Assembly (NCBI RefSeq): GCF_009914755.1
Contig: NC_060948.1
Reading direction: 5' to 3' (one strand)
Origin: the human T2T-CHM13v2.0 reference genome, Homo sapiens
Length of the DNA: 64,000 nucleotides
In this document: in pieces, positions 1-12,234 of the stretch
Layout of the letters: each line of letters opens with the position of its first letter
Position numbering within the stretch: position 1 is the first letter of the stretch
Translations under genes and position numbers: made by a program
Notes under the pieces: model-generated
Databases searched by the model: none
Seen by the model: the letters and a program-made list of their open reading frames with translations, nothing else
Told to the model about the DNA's origin: nothing

Positions 1-1619
1 GAATGGAATGAAAAAGAATTGAATGGAATAGAACAGAATGGAATCAAATCGAATGAAATGGAATGGAATAGAAAGGAATGGAATGAAATGGAATGGAAAG
101 GATTCGAATGGAATGCAATCGAATGGAATGGAATCGAACGGAATGGAATAAAATGGAAGAAAACTGGCAAGAAATGGAATCGAAATGAATGGAGTGTTAT
201 GGAACGGACTCAAAAGGAATTGAATGTAATAGAATGGAGTGGAGTGGACTCGAATATAATGGACTGGAATGGAATGAAATCACATGGAATGGGAACGAAT
301 GGAATGGAATGGAAAGGAATGGAATCGAATGGAAAGGAATCGAATGGAAGGGAATGAAATTGAATCAACAGGAATGGAAGGGAATAGAATAGACGGTAAT
401 GGAATGGACTCGAATAGAATGGACACGAATGCTCAAATTGAATGGACTCGAATGGAATGGAAACGAAAGGAATGTCATCGAATGGAATTGAATCGATTGG
501 AATGAAATCGCATAGAATGGAGTGGAATCAAATGGAATTGAATCGAAAGGAAAGGAAGCGAATGGACTGAAATGAAATGGAATGGAATTGAATGGAAAGT
601 AATGCAATGGAATAGAATGGAACGAAATTTCACGGAATGGAATCAAACTGAATGGAATCAAATCAATGGAATCAAATCAAATGGAATGGAAAGGAATTGA
701 ATGGAGTAGATTGGATTGGATGGGATTGGAATGAAATGTACTGGAAAGGACTCGAATTTCATGAAACGGAATGGAATGAATTGGAACGGAATGGACTCGA
801 ATGGAATGGAATGTCATGGAATGGCATCAAATGGAATGGCATCAAATGGAATGGAATCGAATGCAATGGAATGCTATGGAATGGAATGGAATGCATTGGA
901 ATGGAATGTCCTCTAATGGAATGGATTCGAGTGGAATGGAATCGAATATAATGGAGTCGAATGAAATGGAATTGAAAGGAATGGGATCGAATACAATGGA
1001 ATATACTGGAATGTAATGTAATGAACTCGAATGTAATTGACTGGAATGGAATGTACATGAATGGAATGTAATCGAATGGAAAGTAATCCAATGGAATAGA
1101 ATCTAATGCAATAAAATCGACTCAGATAGAGTAGAATGTAATGGAATGGAGTGCAGTGCAATGGAATGGAATGGAATGGAATGCAATGGAATGGAATGGA
1201 ATGGAATGGAATGCAATGGAATGGAATGGAATGGAATGGAATGCAATGGAATGGGATGGAATGGTATGGAATGGATAGTAATGGACTGGAGTGAAATGGA
1301 CTGGAAAGGAATGGACTCAAATTGAAAGGGCTCGAAAGGAATGGAGTCAAATGGAATGGTCTGGAATGGAATGAACACGAATGTAATGCAATCCAATAGA
1401 ATGGAATCGAATGGCATGGAATATAAAGAAATGGAATCGAAGAGAATGGAAACAAATGGAATGGAATTGAATGGAATGGAATTGAATGGAATGGGAATGA
1501 ATGGAGTGAAATTGTATGCAGTAGAAGGGAATAGAATGGAATGCAAGCGAAAGGAAAGGAATGGATTGGAATGGAATGGAATTCATTGGAATGGAAGGGA
1601 ATGTAGTGTAATGGACAGG
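1..1619 (-). repeat. DYZ1: Partial DYZ1 monomer (window start to first HaeIII cut)
   Basis: GGCC at 1618-1621; same landmarks as later units. Strand is given relative to the C-rich reference orientation. Confidence 0.9.
1161..1250 (+). repeat. Near-perfect (GGAAT)n/GCAAT microsatellite tract inside the monomer (first copy; one per monomer)
   Basis: Lies between GAGTGCAGTGCA and ATGGGATGG; 90 bp here and 30-75 bp in the other monomers. Confidence 0.9.
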
Positions 1620-1622
1620 CCT
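1579..1622. other. EcoRI (GAATTC 1579-1584) and StuI/HaeIII (AGGCCT 1617-1622) landmark pair, once per monomer
   Basis: Read directly. Explains the classical male-specific ~3.4-3.6 kb HaeIII/EcoRI band. Confidence 0.93.
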
Positions 1623-1992
1623 GGAATAAAGTGGAATGCTACGGTCTCGAATGGAATAAAAATGTATGGAATGGAATGCAATGAAACGGAATCGAATGTC
1701 ATAGAATGTAATGGAAAGCAAAAAAATGGAATCCAAAATCATTGACTGGAAAGGCTGGGTGTCGAAAGGAATTGACTCCAATGGAATGGAATCGAATGGA
1801 ATGGAAGTGAATAGAATCGAACTAAATCGAATGGAATGGAATTGATAGGAATGGAATGGAAAGGAATGCAATGATTTGGCATGGAATGGAATCGAATGGC
1901 ATCGAATGGAATGGAATGGAATGCAATGGAATGGAATGTATTACAATGTAATGAACTTTAATGGAATGTACTCGAATGGATTCGACTGGAAT

Positions 1993-2007
1993 GGAATGTT
2001 CTGGAAG
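1993..2007. promoter_or_regulatory. Consensus heat-shock element HSE-a (first copy), putative HSF1 site
   Basis: gGAAt-gTTCt-gGAAg, three alternating nGAAn units; intact in 18/18 monomers. Motif match only; binding not shown. Confidence 0.6.
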
Positions 2008-2272
2008 TGAATGGACTCCAATGGAATGGATTCAAAAGGAATGGAATCGTACGGAATGGAATCTAATGGAATGGAATTAAATGGAAATGAATCAAATTGA
2101 ATAGCACGGAATTGAATTGAATGGAATGGAATGCAATGGAATCTAATGAAACGGAAAGGAAAGGAATGGAATGGAATGGAATGGACTGGAATGGAAAGGA
2201 ATCGAAACGAATGGAATGGAATCGAACTGAAGAGACTGGAATGGAATGCACTGGAATGGAAGGGAGTGTAAT

Positions 2273-2287
2273 GGAAGGTTCTCGAAA
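2273..2287. promoter_or_regulatory. Consensus heat-shock element HSE-b (first copy), putative HSF1 site
   Basis: gGAAg-gTTCt-cGAAa; intact in 17/18 monomers, broken to gTTTt at ~51867. Motif match only. Confidence 0.55.
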
Positions 2288-3283
2288 AAAATGGAATCGA
2301 ATGGAATGGAATTGAATGGAACGGAATAGAGTCGAATGGAATTGAATGGAATGGAATGGACTAGAGTGAAATGGAATCGAACCACAAGGAATGGACAGGA
2401 ATAGAATGGTCTCGAATTGAATGGAATCGTATGGAATGGCATCAAACGGAATGGAATGGACAGCCACGGAATGGAATGCACTCGAATGCAATGGAGTCGA
2501 AACTAATGGACTGGAATAGAATGGACTCGACTGGTACGGACTCCAATGGAATGGAATCGAATGGAAGGGAATCGAACGGAAGGGAATCGAACGGAATGGA
2601 CTCGAAGGGAAAAGACTGCAATGGAAAGGTCTCGAATGGAATGGAAATCAATGGAATGGAATGGAATCGAATGAAATGGAGTCAAAAGGAATGGAATCGA
2701 ATGGCAAGAAATCGAATGTAATGGAATCGCAAGGAATTGATGTGAACGGAACGGAATGGAATGGAATCCAAAGGAATGGAATAGAATGGAATGGAATCGA
2801 ATGGAAAGGACTCGAATGGAAATCACTCGAATAGAATGCAATTTAATAAAATAGGATCAAATGTAATGGAATGGAATGGAAAGGAATCGAAACGAAAGGA
2901 ATGGAGACAGATGGAATGGAATGGAACAGAGAGCAATGGTATAGAATGGAATGGAATCATCTGGAATGGAATTGAATGGAATGGAATGGAATGCCCTTGA
3001 ATTAAATGGACTGGAATGGAATGGACTCAAACAGAGTGGAATGGAAAGTGTGGAGATAGATTGGAATGAACTCCTTTGGAATGGTCTAGTAGGCAATGCA
3101 ATCGACTGGCAGGGAATCAAAAGGAATGTAATCGAATGGATTGGACTGGAATGCAATGGACTCGAATAGATTGGAAACGGAATGCAAAGGAATGGAATGG
3201 AATAGTATGGAATGGAACGGAAAGGAATGGAGTGGAATAGACTAGAGTGGAATGGAATGGACTGGAAAGCAATGGACTGGAAT

Positions 3284-3298
3284 GGAACTTTCTTGAAT
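3284..3298. promoter_or_regulatory. Consensus heat-shock element HSE-c (first copy), putative HSF1 site
   Basis: gGAAc-tTTCt-tGAAt; intact in 11/18 monomers, third unit changed to tGGAt in 7. Motif match only. Confidence 0.55.
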
Positions 3299-5163
3299 GG
3301 ACTGGAATCAAACGGAATGGAATGCAATGCAATCAAATGGCATGGAATAAAATAGAATGAAAGAGAATCAAATGGAATTGAATCGAATGGAATCGAATGG
3401 ATTGGAAAGGAATAGAATGGAATGGAATGGAATTGACTCAAATGGAATGGACTAGAATGGAATGGATTCGAATGGAAGGCAAAGGAATGGAATCTATTGG
3501 AATGGACTGTAATGGAATGGAATGGAAGGGATTGGAATGGACTCGAATGGAATGGACTGCAATAGAAAGGATTCGAATGGAATGAAAAAGAATTGAATGG
3601 AATAGAACAGAATGGAATCAAATCGAATGAAATGGAATGGAATAGAAAGGAATGGAATGAAATGGAATGAAAAGGATTCCAATGGAATGCAATCGAATGG
3701 AATGGAATCGAACGGAATGTAATAAAATGGAAGAAAACTGGCAAGAAATGGAATCGAAATGAATGGAGTGTTATGGAACGGACTCAAAAGGAATTGAATG
3801 TAATAGAATGGAGTGGAGTGGACTCGAATATAATGGACTGGAATGGAATGAAATCACATGGAATGGGAACGAATGGAATGGAATGGAAAGGAATGGAATC
3901 GAATGGAAAGGAATCGAATGGAAGGGAATGAAATTGAATCAACAGGAATGGAAGGGAATAGAATAGACGGTAATGGAATGGACTCGAATAGAATGGACAC
4001 GAATGCTCAAATTGAATGGACTCGAATGGAATGGAAACGAAAGGAATGTCATCGAATGGAATTGAATCGATTGGAATGAAATCGCATAGAATGGAGTGGA
4101 ATCAAATGGAATTGAATCGAAAGGAAAGGAAGCGAATGGACTGAAATGAAATGGAATGGAATTGAATGGAAAGTAATGCAATGGAATAGAATGGAACGAA
4201 ATTTCACGGAATGGAATCAAACTGAATGGAATCAAATCAATGGAATCAAATCAAATGGAATGGAAAGGAATTGAATGGAGTAGATTGGATTGGATGGGAT
4301 TGGAATGAAATGAACTGGAAAGGACTCGAATTTCATGAAACGGAATGGAATGAATTGGAACGGAATGGACTCGAATGGAATGGAATGTCATGGAATGGCA
4401 TCAAATGGAATGGCATCAAATGGAATGGAATCGAATGCAATGGAATGCTATGGAATGGAATGGAATGCATTGGAATGGAATGTCCTCTAATGGAATGGAT
4501 TCGAGTGGAATGGAATCGAATATAATGGAGTCGAATGAAATGGAATTGAAAGGAATGGGATCGAATACAATGGAATATACTGGAATGTAATGTAATGAAC
4601 TCGAATGTAATTGACTGGAATGGAATGTACATGAATGGAATGTAATCGAATGGAAAGTAATCCAATGGAATAGAATCTAATGCAATAAAATCGACTCAGA
4701 TAGAGTAGAATGTAATGGAATGGAGTGCAGTGCAATGGAATGGAATGGAATGGAATGCAATGGAATGGAATGGAATGGAATGGAATGGAATGGAATGGGA
4801 TGGAATGGTATGGAATGGATAGTAATGGACTGGAATGAAATGGACTGGAAAAGAATGGACTCAAATTGAAAGGGCTCGAAAGGAATGGAGTCAAATGGAA
4901 TGGTCTGGAATGGAATGAACACGAATGTAATGCAATCCAATAGAATGGAATCGAATGGCATGGAATATAAAGAAACGGAATCGAAGAGAATGGAAACAAA
5001 TGGAATGGAATTGAATGGAATGGAATTGAATGGAACGGGAACGAATGGAGTGAAATTGTATGCAGTAGAAGGGAATAGAATGGAATGCAAGCGAAAGGAA
5101 AGGAATGGATTGCAATGGAATCGAATTCATTGGAATGGAAGGGAATGTAGTGTAATGGACAGG

Positions 5164-8100
5164 CCTGGAATAAAGTGGAATGCTACGGTCTCGAATGGAA
5201 TAAAAATGTATGGAATGGAATGCAATGAAACGGAATCGAATGTCATAGAATGTAATGGAATGCAAAAAAATGGAATCCAAAATCATTGACTGGAAAGGCT
5301 GGGTGTCGAAAGGAATTGACTCCAATGGAATGGAATCGAATGGAATGGAAGTGAATAGAATCAAACTAAATCGAATGGAATGGAATTGATAGGAACGGAA
5401 TGGAAAGGAATGCAATGATTTGGCATGGAATGGAATCGAATGGCATCGAATGGAATGGAATGGAATGCAATGGAATGGAATGTATTAGAATGTAATGAAC
5501 ATTAATGGAATGTACTCGAATGGATTCGACTGGAATGGAATGTTCTGGAAGTGAATGGACTCCAATGGAATGGATTCGAAAGGAATGGAATCGAACGGAA
5601 TGGAATCTAATGGAATGGAATTAAATGGAAATGAATCAAATTGAATAGCACGGAATTGAATTGAATGGAATCGAATGCAATGGAATCTAATGAAACCGAA
5701 AGGAAAGGAATGGAATGGAATGGAATGGGCTGGAATGGAAAGGAATCGAAACGAATGGAATGGAATCGAACTGAAGAGACTGGAATGGAATGCACTGGAA
5801 TGGAAGGGAGTGTAATGGAAGGTTCTCGAAAATAATGGAAGCAAATGGAATGGAATTGAATGGAACGGAATAGAGTCGAATGGAATTGAATGGAATGGAA
5901 TGGACTAGAGTGAAATGGAATCGAACCACAAGGAATGGACAGGAATAGAATGGTCTCGAATTGAATGGAATCGTATGGAATGGCATCAAACGGAATGGAA
6001 TGGACAGCCACGGAATGGAATGCACTCGAATGCAATGGAGTCGAAACTTATGGACTGGAATAGAATGGACTCGACTGGTACGGACTCCAATGGAATGGAA
6101 TCGAATGGAAGGGATTCGAACGGAATGGACTCGAAGGGAAAAGACTGCAATGGAAAGGTCTCGAATGGAATGGAAATTAATGGAATGGAATGGAATCGAA
6201 TGAAATGGAGTCAAAAGGAATGGAATCGAATGGCAAGAAATCGAATGTAATGGAATCGCAAGGAATTGATGTGAACGGAACGGAATGGAATGGAATCCAA
6301 AGGAATGGAATCGAATGGAAAGGACTCGAATGGAAATCACTCGAATAGAATGCAATTTAATAAAATAGGATCAAATGTAATTGAATGGAATGGAAAGGAA
6401 TCGAAACGAAAGGAATGGAGACAGATGGAATGGAATGGAACAGAGAGCAATGGTATAGAATGGAATGGAATAATCTGGAATGGAATTGAATGGAATGGAA
6501 TAATATGAAATGGAATGGAATGGAATGGAATGGAATGCCCTTGAATTAAATGGACTGGAATGGAATGGACTCGAACAGAGTGGAATGGAAAGTGTTGAGA
6601 TAGAATGGAATGGACTCTTTTGGAATGGTCTAGTATGCAATGCAATCGACTGGCAGGGAATCAAAAGGAATGTAATCGAATGGATTAGAATGGAATGCAA
6701 TGGACTCGAATAGATTGGAAACGGAATGCAAAGGAATGGAATGGAATAGTATGGAATGGAATGGAAAGGAATGGAGTGGAATAGACTAGAGTGGAATGGA
6801 ATGGACTGGAAAGCAATGGACTGGAATGGAACTTTCTTGAATGGACTGGAATCAAACGGAATGGAATGCAATGCAATCAAATGGCATGGAATATAATAGA
6901 ATGAAAGAGAATCAAATGGAATTGAATCGAATGGAATCGAATGGATTGGAAAGGAATAGAATGGAATGGAATGGAATTGACTCAAATGGAATGGACTAGA
7001 ATGGAATGGATTCGAATGGAAGGCAAAGGAATGGAATCTATTGGAATGGACTGTAATGGAATGGAATGGAAGGGATTGGAATGGACTCGAATGGAATGGA
7101 CTGCAATAGAAAGGATTCGAATGGAATGAAAAAGAATTGAATGGAATAGAACAGAATGGAATCAAATCGAATGAAATGGAATGGAATAGAAAGGAATGGA
7201 ATGAAATGGAATGGAAAGGATTCGAATGGAATGCAATCGAATGGAATGGAATCGAACGGAATGGAATAAAATGGAAGAAAACTGGCAAGAAATGGAATCG
7301 AAATGAATGGAGTGTTATGGAACGGACTCAAAAGGAATTGAATGTAATAGAATGGAGTGGAGTGGACTCGAATATAATGGACTGGAATGGAATGAAATCA
7401 CATGGAATGGGAACGAATGGAATGGAATGGAAAGGAATGGAATCGAATGGAAAGGAATCGAATGGAAGGGAATGAAATTGAATCAACACGAATGGAAGGG
7501 AATAGAATAGACGGTAATGGAATGGACTCGAATAGAATGGACACGAATGCTCAAATTGAATGGACTCGAATGGAATGGAAACGAAAGGAATGTCATCGAA
7601 TGGAATTGAATCGATTGGAATGAAATCGCATAGAATGGAGTGGAATCAAATGGAATTGAATCGAAAGGAAAGGAAGCGAATGGACTGAAATGAAATGGAA
7701 TGGAATTGAATGGAAAGTAATGCAATGGAATAGAATGGAACGAAATTTCACGGAATGGAATCAAACTGAATTTAATCAAATCAATGGAATCCAATCAAAT
7801 GGAATGGAGTAGATTGGATTGGATGGGATTGGAATGAAATGTACTGGAAAGGACTCGAATTTCATGAAACGGAATGGAATGAATTGGAACGGAATGGACT
7901 CGAATGGAATGGAATGTCATAGAATGGCATCAAATGGAATGGCATCAAATGGAATGGAATCGAATGCAATGGAATGCTATGGAATGGAATGGAATGCATT
8001 GGAATGGAATGTCCTCTAATGGAATGGATTCGAGTGGAATGGAATCGAATATAATGGAGTCAAATGAAATGGAATTGAAAGGAATGGGATCGAATACAAT

Positions 8101-8697
8101 GGAATATACTGGAATGTAATGTAATGAACTCGAATGTAATTGACTGGAATGGAATGTACATGAATGGAATGTAATCGAATGGAAAGTAATCCAATGGAAT
8201 AGAAACTAATGCAATAAAATCGACTCAGATAGAGTAGAATGTAATGGAATGGAGTGCAGTGCAATGGAATGGAATGGAATGGAATGCAATGGAATGGAAT
8301 GGAATGGAATGGAATGGAATGGAATGGAATGGGATGGAATGGTATGGAATGGATAGTAATGGACTGGAGTGAAATGGACTGGAAAGGAATGGACTGAAAT
8401 TGAAAGGGCTCGAAAGGAATGGAGTCAAATGGAATGGTCTGGAATGGAATGAACACGAATGTAATGCAATCCAATAGAATGGAATCGAATGGCATGGAAT
8501 ATAAAGAAATGGAATCGAAGAGAATGGAAACAAATGGAATGGAATTGAATGGAATGGAATTGAATGGAATGGGAACGAATGGAGTGAAATTGTATGCAGT
8601 AGAAGGGAATAGAATGGAATGCAAGCGAAAGGAAAGGAATGGATTGGAATGGAATGGAATTCATTGGAATGGAAGGGAATGTAGTGTAATGGACAGG
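5164..8697 (-). repeat. DYZ1: DYZ1 monomer, 3534 bp
   Basis: GGCC at 5162 and 8696. Confidence 0.92.
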
Positions 8698-11600
8698 CCT
8701 GGAATAAAGTGGAATGCTACGGTCTCGAATGGAATAAAAATGTATGGAATGGAATGCAATGAAACGGAATCGAATGTCATAGAATGTAATGGAATGCAAA
8801 AAAATGGAATCCAAAATCATTGACTGGAAAGGCTGGGTGTCGAAAGGAATTGACTGCAATGGAATGGAATCGAATGGAATGGAAGTGAATAGAATCGAAC
8901 TAAATCGATTGGAATGGAATTGATAGGAACGGAATGGAAAGGAATGCAATGATTTGGCATGGAATGGAATCGAATGGCATCGAATGGAATGGAATGGAAT
9001 GCAATGGAATGGAATGTATTAGAATGTAATGAACATTAATGGAATGTACTCGAATGGATTCGACTGGAATGGAATGTTCTGGAAGTGAATGGACTCCAAT
9101 AGAATGGATTCGAAAGGAATGGAATCGAACGGAATGGATTCTAATGGAATGGAATTAAATGGAAATGAATCAAATTGAATAGCACGGAATTGAATTGAAT
9201 GGAATCGAATGCAATGGAATCTAATGAAACGGAAAGGAAAGAATGGAATGGAATAGAATGGGCTGGAATGGAAAGGAATCGAAACGAATGGAATGGAATC
9301 GAACTGAAGAGACTGGAATGGAATGCACTGGAATGGAAGGGAGTGTAATGGAAGGTTCTCGAAAAAAATGGAATCGAATGGAATGGAATTGAATGGAACA
9401 GAATAGAGTGGAATGGAATTGAATGGAATGGAATGGACTAGAGTGAAATGGAATCGAACCACAAGGAATGGACTGGAATAGAATGGTCTCGAATTGAATG
9501 GAATCGTATGGAATGGCATCAAACGGAATGGAATGGACAGCCACGGAATGGAATGCACTCGAATGCAATGGAGTCGAAACTAATGGACTGGAATAGAATG
9601 GACTCGACTGGTACGGACTCCAATGGAATGGAATCGAATGGAAGGGAATCGAACGGAATGGACTCGAAGGGAAAAGACTGCAATTGAAAGGTCTCGAATG
9701 GAATGGAAATTAATGGGATGGAATGGAATCGAATGAAATGGAGTCAAAAGGAATGGAATCGAATGGCAAGAAATCGAATGTAATGGAATCGCAAGGAATT
9801 GATATGAACGGAACGGAATGGAATGGAATCCAAAGGAATGGAATAGAATGGAATGGAATCGAATGGAAAGGACTCGAATGGAAATCACTCGAATAGAATG
9901 CAATTTAATAAAGTAGGATCAAATGTAATAGAATGGAATGGAAAGGAATCGAAACGGAAGGAATGGAGACAGATGGAATGGAATGGAACAGAGAGCAATG
10001 GTATAGAATGGAATGGAATCATCTGGAATGGAATTGAATGGAATGGAATAATATGAAATGGAATGGAATGGAATGCCCTTGAATTAAATGGACTGGACTC
10101 GAACAGAGTGGAATGGAAAGTGTTGAGATAGAATGGAATGGACTCCTTTGGAATGGTGTAGTATGCAATGCAATCGACTGGCAGGGAATCAAAAGGAATG
10201 TAATCGAATGGATTGGACTGGAATGCAATGGACTCGAATAGATTGGAAACGGAATGCAAAGGAATGGAATGGAATAGTATGGAATGGAATGGAAAGGAAT
10301 GGAGTGGAATAGACTAGAGTGGAATGGAATGGACTGGAAAGCAATGGACTGGAATGGAACTTTCTTGGATGGATTGGAATCAAACGGAATGGAATGCAAT
10401 GCAATCAAATGGCATGGAATAAAATAGAATGAAAGAGAATCAAATGGAATTGAATCGAATGGAATCGAATGGATTGGAAAGGAATAGAATGGAATGGAAT
10501 GGAATTGACTCAAATGGAATGGACTAGAATGGAATGGATTCGAATGGAAGGCAAAGGAATGGAATCTATTGGAATGGACTGTAATGGAATGGAATGGAAG
10601 GGATTGGAATGGACTCGAATGGAATGGACTGCAATAGAAAGGATTCGAATGGAATGAAAAAGAATTGAATGGAATAGAACAGAATGGAATCAAATCGAAT
10701 GAAATGGAATGGAATAGAAAGGAATGGAATGAAATGGAATGGAAAGGATTCGAATGGAATGCAATCGAATGGAATGGAATAAAATGGAAGAAAACTGGCA
10801 AGAAATGGAATCGAAATGAATGGAGTGTTATGGAACGGACTCAAAAGGAATTGAATGTAATAGAATGGAGTGGAGTGGACTCGAATATAATGGACTGGAA
10901 TGGAATGAAATCACATGGAATGGGAACGAATGGAATGGAATGGAAAGGAATGGAATCGAATGGAAAGGAATCGAATGGAAGGGAATGAAATTGAATCAAC
11001 ACGAATGGAAGGGAATAGAATAGACTGTAATGGAATGGACTCGAATAGAATGGACACGAATGCTCAAATTAAATGGACTCGAATGGAATGGAAACGAAAG
11101 GAATGTCATCGAATGGAATTGAATCGATTGGAATGAAATCGCATAGAATGCAGTGGAATCAAATGGAATTGAATCGAAAGGAAACAAGCGAATGGACTGA
11201 AATGAAATGGAATGGAATTGAATGGAAAGTAATGCAATGGAATAGAATGGAACGAAATTTCACGGAATGGAATCAAACTGAATGGAATCAAATCAATGGA
11301 ATCAAATCAAATGGAATGGAAAGGAATTGAATGGAGTAGATGGGATTGGATGGGATTGGAATGAAATGTACTGGAAAGGACTCGAATTTCATGAAACGGA
11401 ATGGAATGAATTGGAACGGAATGGACTCGAATGGAATGGAATGTCATGGGATGGCATCAAATGGAATGGCATCAAATGGAATGGAATCGAATGCAATGGA
11501 ATGCTATGGAATGGAATGGAATGCATTGGAATGGAATGTCCTCTAATGGAATGGATTCGAGTGGAATGGAATTGAATATAATGGAGTCGAATGAAATGGA

Positions 11601-12234
11601 ATTGAAAGGAATGGGATCGAATACAATGGAATATACTGGAATGTAACGTAATGAACTCGAATGTAATTGACTGGAATGGAATGTACATGAATGGAATGTA
11701 ATCGAATGGAAAGTAATCCAATGGAATAGAATCTAATGCAATAAAATCGACTCAGATAGAGAAGAATGTAATGGAATGGAGTGCAGTGCAATGGAATGGA
11801 ATGGAATGGAATGCAATGGAATGGAATGGAATGGAATGCAATGGAATGGAATGGAATGGAATGGAATGTGATGGAATGGTATGGAATGGATAGTAATGGA
11901 CTGGAGTGAAATGGACTGGAAAGGAATGGACTCAAATTGAAAGGGCTCGAAAGGAATGGAGTCAAATGGAATGGTCTGGAATGGAATGAACACGAATGTA
12001 ATGCAACCCAATAGAATGGAATCGAATGGCATGGAATATAAAGAAATGGAATCGAAGAGAATGGAAACAAATGGAATGGAATTGAATGGAATGGAATTGA
12101 ATGGAATGGGAAGGAATGGAGTGAAATTGTATGCAGTAGAAGAGAATAGAATGGAATGCAAGCAAAAGGAAAGGAATGGATTGCAATGGAATGGAATTCA
12201 TTGGAATGGAAAGGAATGTAGTGTAATGGACAGG
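8698..12234 (-). repeat. DYZ1: DYZ1 monomer, 3537 bp
   Basis: GGCC at 8696 and 12233; carries two 1-bp deletions (~9240, ~11184). Confidence 0.92.

Larger units (their letters stand above)
1620..5163 (-). repeat. DYZ1: DYZ1 monomer, 3544 bp
   Basis: GGCC at 1618 and 5162. Confidence 0.92.

Noticed and set aside
700-730. G-quadruplex at GGATTGGATGGGATTGG or GGCTGGGTG
   Set aside because: These have mostly two-G runs and no four G3 tracts, so they are not distinguishable from the satellite background.
147-3351. Six AATAAA hexamers per monomer (147, 1110, 1625, 1655, 2845, 3346) as polyadenylation signals
   Set aside because: AATAAA is two substitutions from the background AATGGA and no clear downstream GU/U-rich element is visible. 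It cannot be supported without 3'-end sequencing data.
1620-5163. Internal ~1.78 kb half-repeat within the monomer
   Set aside because: Loosely similar motifs recur (e.g. GTGTAATGGA, CTCGAAAGGAAT) but I could not establish a consistent offset by eye. A pentamer-masked self-alignment would be needed.
7773-7783. DUX4-like motifs TAATCAAATCA (7773) and GAATCTAATCA (~18442)
   Set aside because: Each mismatches the TAAYYYAATCA consensus and is a single private variant, so a chance match is likely.
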